From IMG/VR virus record IMGVR_UViG_2734482784_000003: a DNA stretch of 8,987 nt; one strand, given 5' to 3'. Of this stretch, positions 6,018 through 8,987 are shown piece after piece. Every line of letters begins with the position of its first letter. Position 1 is the stretch's first letter. This DNA is from a virus (Duplodnaviria; Heunggongvirae; Uroviricota; Caudoviricetes). The notes beneath the pieces were generated by a model. The model saw only the letters and a program-made list of their open reading frames with translations. It searched no databases and was not told the DNA's origin. Made by a program: the position numbers and the translations under genes.

Positions 6018-8501
6018 TTAACGAGGGTTTCGCGTATAGGTTTCAACTATGTCTGATGCACGTAATTTACATGTGATCAATTGTTCTCTTATAAATATCT
6101 CATCGTGTCGTTTATCACTTGTACAAATGGCCGTGATAAAACTGAGGATAGATGCTTTAAAACGTTCAAGATCATTTATGGTCATTATTCGAGACCCTTC
6201 GTTTAGTGTTGCGGCATATTCAGGCATGTTAGAGTGATGTATCATTATAGGTGTGGCGGTAGCAGTTTGATCATACATGTTTCTGAACCATGCACCCGAC
6301 CCATTTAACTGATTGCAGTCATGCTTACTTATTCTTTCTGCGGTTGCTCCATTTTTGCATTCAATTACTAGATAATTGTTTTCTCCCATTGCCCATAAAT
6401 TGTCAGGTCCTTTACCTGTATCATTTTCTGGCCGTTGGCTACGAAAACCGATCAAATATGCAACTTTTTCGATAGCATCTTCGAAGGGATTCGATGTGCC
6501 CTCGGAGAAAATAAGGTTTTCTATTATTGAATTAGTATGCACAACGACTTGATTCGCCGATTCAAAATTACTTCTGAGATAGGAGCTACATTCCCTGGCC
6601 TGTTCAAGTGCCGCACCATTAAGTCTATTATATGTTACGCCGATTAGTGGTTTTAATACCCGATAGTTATCGTTTGATGCAGACTGAAGCAATATCTGAG
6701 CTTCAGATTTGTCATATAAGTTTACATATTCCGCAGCATGTTCTTTTAGATAACCCTTATAAACTTTGTCAGCTGTACTACTATCATTTTTTAGAGTTAA
6801 AGCGGCTTGTTGAAACATATTTCGTGATGCGAAGTCATATGCCAATCTTTTGTTTATAGTATGCTGGTCAATCTGCTTATTTTCCAATGTTAAGCCAGTC
6901 AATATACCTTTGCTTTTTGAGACCCAGTCAGAATTGCGTAACAGACAATAATCAAGAGCACCTTTGATTGAATCAATAGTTGTATCCGGCAGTATCGATA
7001 CCAATTGCTGTGAAAGTTGAATTTGTGCTTTCGTTGCTGGAGAAAACCTTTCTAAGGAGGAGCCAAGGAAAACAGCGCCATTTAATGCTTTGCCAAGTAA
7101 GATCACTCCGCAGAAGTCGTCGCTTGATCTCACTCCTCGCCCCATTCCTTGTTCAATTTTCTGGATAATTTCATCTTTGGTTTTTTCGCTTCCAAGCAAT
7201 AAGCTTTGTGAGACTTTATCTATTAGTCTACGAACGTCAGGAAGTCCATCTATTACTAATAGACGACATGCGGTATTTGGTAAATCAATACCATCATATC
7301 TATTAACTAGGACTACTAAGCCAACATGTTGTGTCCTTAATTCTTGTACACCTTGATAAATTGTATTTTTATCTAATATTCTGTCTGCAACATCTTGCCA
7401 AAATCTAGTTCTGTAATCGGATGGTACAATTACAACAACATTATGTTTGGAGGATATCTCCTTGCACATAGCTTTGATATCTACATCAGAAAGACTAGGG
7501 TTTATAACCTGAGGCATTAGTATCATTCTATCACCAATATCACCAATTGTTTTTGGTGTTATCGGATTAGAGAGTGATTCATCCGTTATTCCGAAGTGGC
7601 TCGCTAGAATGGATTCATCGACAAGAGTAGCTGTCATGAATATTTTTCTTCTTGCGTTTGATAGGCTTGGGATCATTTGGATTGGTATGCAATGAGGTGA
7701 TATCTCTATTTTGGAAGCACTTACAACGCATTTCGATAATATTAGATTGTCTTTTATTAATGGCCATTTGAAACTCAAGTCATCATGGTCTTTATTTTCT
7801 AACAAGATTGTCATTATATCATTTATGCTTTCTTGCCATTTCCAAAATGGAACTCTCACATAAGCATTTCTATCGCCGGATTTTATCTCTAGTGTTTTTG
7901 CACCAGCTTGTGTCATTAGTGAATTTTCAAAAATTCTGAATAATTTATCATAGGCAGGGTTATTTTTTTGAATGCTAATGGAGAATTGTTCTTCAATTGA
8001 AGAAAGGCAAGCGTGAGCATCGTCAATTATTATAGAACCTATTGGTATTTTTTGTCCATCATCTCCAACGCCAAATGCAGAACGTCCATTAACCACTTTG
8101 AATATATTTGTAACTAAAATTTCTTTACCTGCAATAAATTTGGGGGACCTCTCATCTTGAGTTACAGGTATACCAAGTTGATTAGCCTCCAAAACCACTT
8201 GCTCAACTAGATAGTTGTCAGGAACAACATATACAGCGGGACCTTCTCCTTCATTTATACAGCTTTTAAGAATGATTAACCCAACTGAAGTTTTACCGCT
8301 TCCGGTATTCATTTTTATTACATTGGTTGGGCTTCTCCTTGCTTCATACCATTTTTCCCAGACCTCTGATTGCACATCTCGAGGGTATTGAAATTTGGTG
8401 TCTTTGCTCGGTAGAGCTGTAAATATATCTCGCGGTGGAATCGCTGTGTCGCTATTTACACTGGGCGAAAGCTTGGTTAAATCAAGGAAAAAACCAGACA
8501 T
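6018..8501 (-). CDS. Large SF2 helicase with C-terminal PD-(D/E)xK-like nuclease motif; candidate single-gene anti-phage defence protein in the P2 A-to-cos cargo hotspot
   Basis: 827-aa uninterrupted minus-strand ORF. AGAGGA Shine-Dalgarno 6 nt upstream of the ATG (8499-8501), with an in-frame stop two codons further upstream fixing the start. Motifs read directly: Walker A GSGKT (aa 67-71, nt 8289-8303), motif II IIIDDAH (DDAH at nt 8013-8024), motif III MTAT (nt about 7626-7634), motif VI QGMGRGVR (nt about 7128-7151), and C-terminal GPD…(13 aa)…IECK (D700, E714, K716; nt 6354-6407). The gene is markedly AT-rich: hand counts on a few 60-nt lines give roughly 28-38% G+C, against about 60% in one line of A. 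Confidence 0.85.
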   Translation of the reverse strand: MSGFFLDLTKLSPSVNSDTAIPPRDIFTALPSKDTKFQYPRDVQSEVWEKWYEARRSPTNVIKMNTGSGKTSVGLIILKSCINEGEGPAVYVVPDNYLVEQVVLEANQLGIPVTQDERSPKFIAGKEILVTNIFKVVNGRSAFGVGDDGQKIPIGSIIIDDAHACLSSIEEQFSISIQKNNPAYDKLFRIFENSLMTQAGAKTLEIKSGDRNAYVRVPFWKWQESINDIMTILLENKDHDDLSFKWPLIKDNLILSKCVVSASKIEISPHCIPIQMIPSLSNARRKIFMTATLVDESILASHFGITDESLSNPITPKTIGDIGDRMILMPQVINPSLSDVDIKAMCKEISSKHNVVVIVPSDYRTRFWQDVADRILDKNTIYQGVQELRTQHVGLVVLVNRYDGIDLPNTACRLLVIDGLPDVRRLIDKVSQSLLLGSEKTKDEIIQKIEQGMGRGVRSSDDFCGVILLGKALNGAVFLGSSLERFSPATKAQIQLSQQLVSILPDTTIDSIKGALDYCLLRNSDWVSKSKGILTGLTLENKQIDQHTINKRLAYDFASRNMFQQAALTLKNDSSTADKVYKGYLKEHAAEYVNLYDKSEAQILLQSASNDNYRVLKPLIGVTYNRLNGAALEQARECSSYLRSNFESANQVVVHTNSIIENLIFSEGTSNPFEDAIEKVAYLIGFRSQRPENDTGKGPDNLWAMGENNYLVIECKNGATAERISKHDCNQLNGSGAWFRNMYDQTATATPIMIHHSNMPEYAATLNEGSRIMTINDLERFKASILSFITAICTSDKRHDEIFIREQLITCKLRASDIVETYTRNPR

Positions 8502-8560
8502 TTTTTATCCTCTTACAGGTACATTAGTTTAATTGTTAACGCAGAATTATCATTACCATA

Positions 8561-8590
8561 ACTTGCATTAAGTTGCATTACATTGCATTC
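8561..8590. repeat. Three tandem 10-bp repeats containing TTGCATT (acTTGCATTA / agTTGCATTA / caTTGCATTC)
   Basis: Read directly: TTGCATT begins at 8563, 8573 and 8583, an exact 10-bp periodicity. The repeats lie 60-90 bp upstream of the cargo gene start, in its presumed promoter region, and about 95 bp before cos. Confidence 0.6.
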
Positions 8591-8624
8591 ATAAACGTTA
8601 GCTAGGGGCGAAGTCTGAGGTTTG

Positions 8625-8987
8625 ATGGGCTATGGTGTCCCCTTTAATACGAGGTTGCATCAAAACCGCCCCATGAAGCGGGCGGGCGAGGCGGGGAAAG
8701 CACTGCGCGCTGACGGTGGTGCTGATTTTATTTTTTCAGCGTCTGAGCGCGTCGTGAAGGCGTTTACTTGGCCTGCTGGGGCGTTGGTGTGGCCGGATTT
8801 CCTCGCATGGGATACGGTCACCAGTACCACCGCCACCGCGTATGCCACCGCCCGTGCGCTGGGTCTGCGCGCTAAAATCGACCAGGAGCAGGGCTGGCAT
8901 AAAACGCTGTCCAATGTTCTCCATCAGCCTGGCTACCGGTCGGGCAGATATTTACACGGAAACACCGGTCAAAGTGTCTGGCTTTAA
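8625..8987 (+). CDS. Hypothetical protein (doubtful ORF spanning the cos region)
   Basis: Track ORF 8622..8987 (TTG; first ATG at 8625, GAGG 4 nt upstream); its stop codon is the last 3 bases of the window. Codon usage in the 3' half looks E. coli-like. However, the 5' part overlaps cos and the conserved packaging region, which is non-coding in P2/P4, and in P2 the portal gene Q is expected on the opposite strand here. Low confidence. Confidence 0.3.
   Translation: MGYGVPFNTRLHQNRPMKRAGEAGKALRADGGADFIFSASERVVKAFTWPAGALVWPDFLAWDTVTSTTATAYATARALGLRAKIDQEQGWHKTLSNVLHQPGYRSGRYLHGNTGQSVWL
8685..8703 (+). other. Phage cohesive-end site (cos), P2/P4 type
   Basis: GGCGAGGCGGGGAAAGCAC matches the 19-nt P2/P4 cohesive-end sequence as I remember it. 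The following roughly 50 bp (TGCGCGCTGACGGTGGTGCTGATT.TATTTTTTCAGCGTCT.AGCGCGTCGTGA) also closely matches my recollection of the P2/P4 genome left end. This was not verified by alignment. Confidence 0.6.

Larger units (their letters stand above)
1..8987. mobile_element. Segment of an integrated P2-like prophage (integrase through cos), including one cargo/hotspot insertion
   Basis: Gene order int, C, cox, B, small orfs, A, then cos is the P2 prophage order as I recall it. Several products resemble P2 proteins from memory (C repressor C-terminus QIAPALAH, Cox, gpA N-terminus MAVKASGRFVPPSAF). The 19-nt P2/P4-type cos sequence is present at 8685-8703. The int stop codon sits at the window edge, so attL should lie just outside the window to the left. 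Confidence 0.85.

Noticed and set aside
6049-7356. Five short plus-strand ORFs (6049..6237, 6290..6475, 6632..6859, 6980..7168, 7090..7356)
   Set aside because: They are antisense to the continuous 827-aa helicase-nuclease ORF. AT-rich DNA readily gives such ORFs by chance and none has motif support.
8561-8590. TTGCATT repeat array as a CRISPR array or as replication-origin iterons
   Set aside because: The units are only 10 bp, contiguous with no spacers, and there are only three copies, so it is not CRISPR-like. The P2 origin lies inside gene A in P2-type phages, so an iteron origin here is unlikely. Kept only as a candidate regulatory repeat.
8660-8924. Minus-strand ORFs 8660..8914 and 8736..8924
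   Set aside because: They overlap each other and cos, and their products are Arg/Pro/Ser/Ala-rich low-complexity strings typical of wrong-frame reading of GC-rich DNA. The only minus-strand coding possibility I consider plausible here is a Q 3' end in a different frame (see findings).
1-8987. tRNA, rRNA or attachment-site repeats within the window
   Set aside because: I saw no cloverleaf-like tRNA candidates or rRNA-like segments. The attL core should lie left of base 1 and attR far to the right, so no att repeat pair can be called from this window.

Overview
This window reads as the left (attL-proximal) arm of an integrated P2-like (Peduovirus-type) prophage from an enterobacterium, running from the integrase stop codon at base 1 to just past the phage cos site. 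Gene order is int (-), immunity repressor C (-), a switch region with palindromic operator-like sites, then the rightward early operon: cox, a small orf, B, two small orfs, a TraR/DksA-type zinc-finger protein, another small orf, and the replication initiator A (HUH rolling-circle nickase). Between the end of A and cos, where P2 itself carries orf91/tin/old, this element instead has an AT-rich cargo segment of about 2.9 kb with one large minus-strand gene (827 aa). Its product shows SF2 helicase motifs (Walker A GSGKT, DDAH box, TAT, QxxGRxxR) followed by a C-terminal PD-(D/E)xK-like nuclease motif. That gene is the best candidate in the window for an accessory anti-phage defence function; I cannot assign it to a named family from sequence alone. 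All calls come from reading the sequence and the ORF track, with protein and cos similarities recalled from memory of phage P2; no database search or alignment was run.
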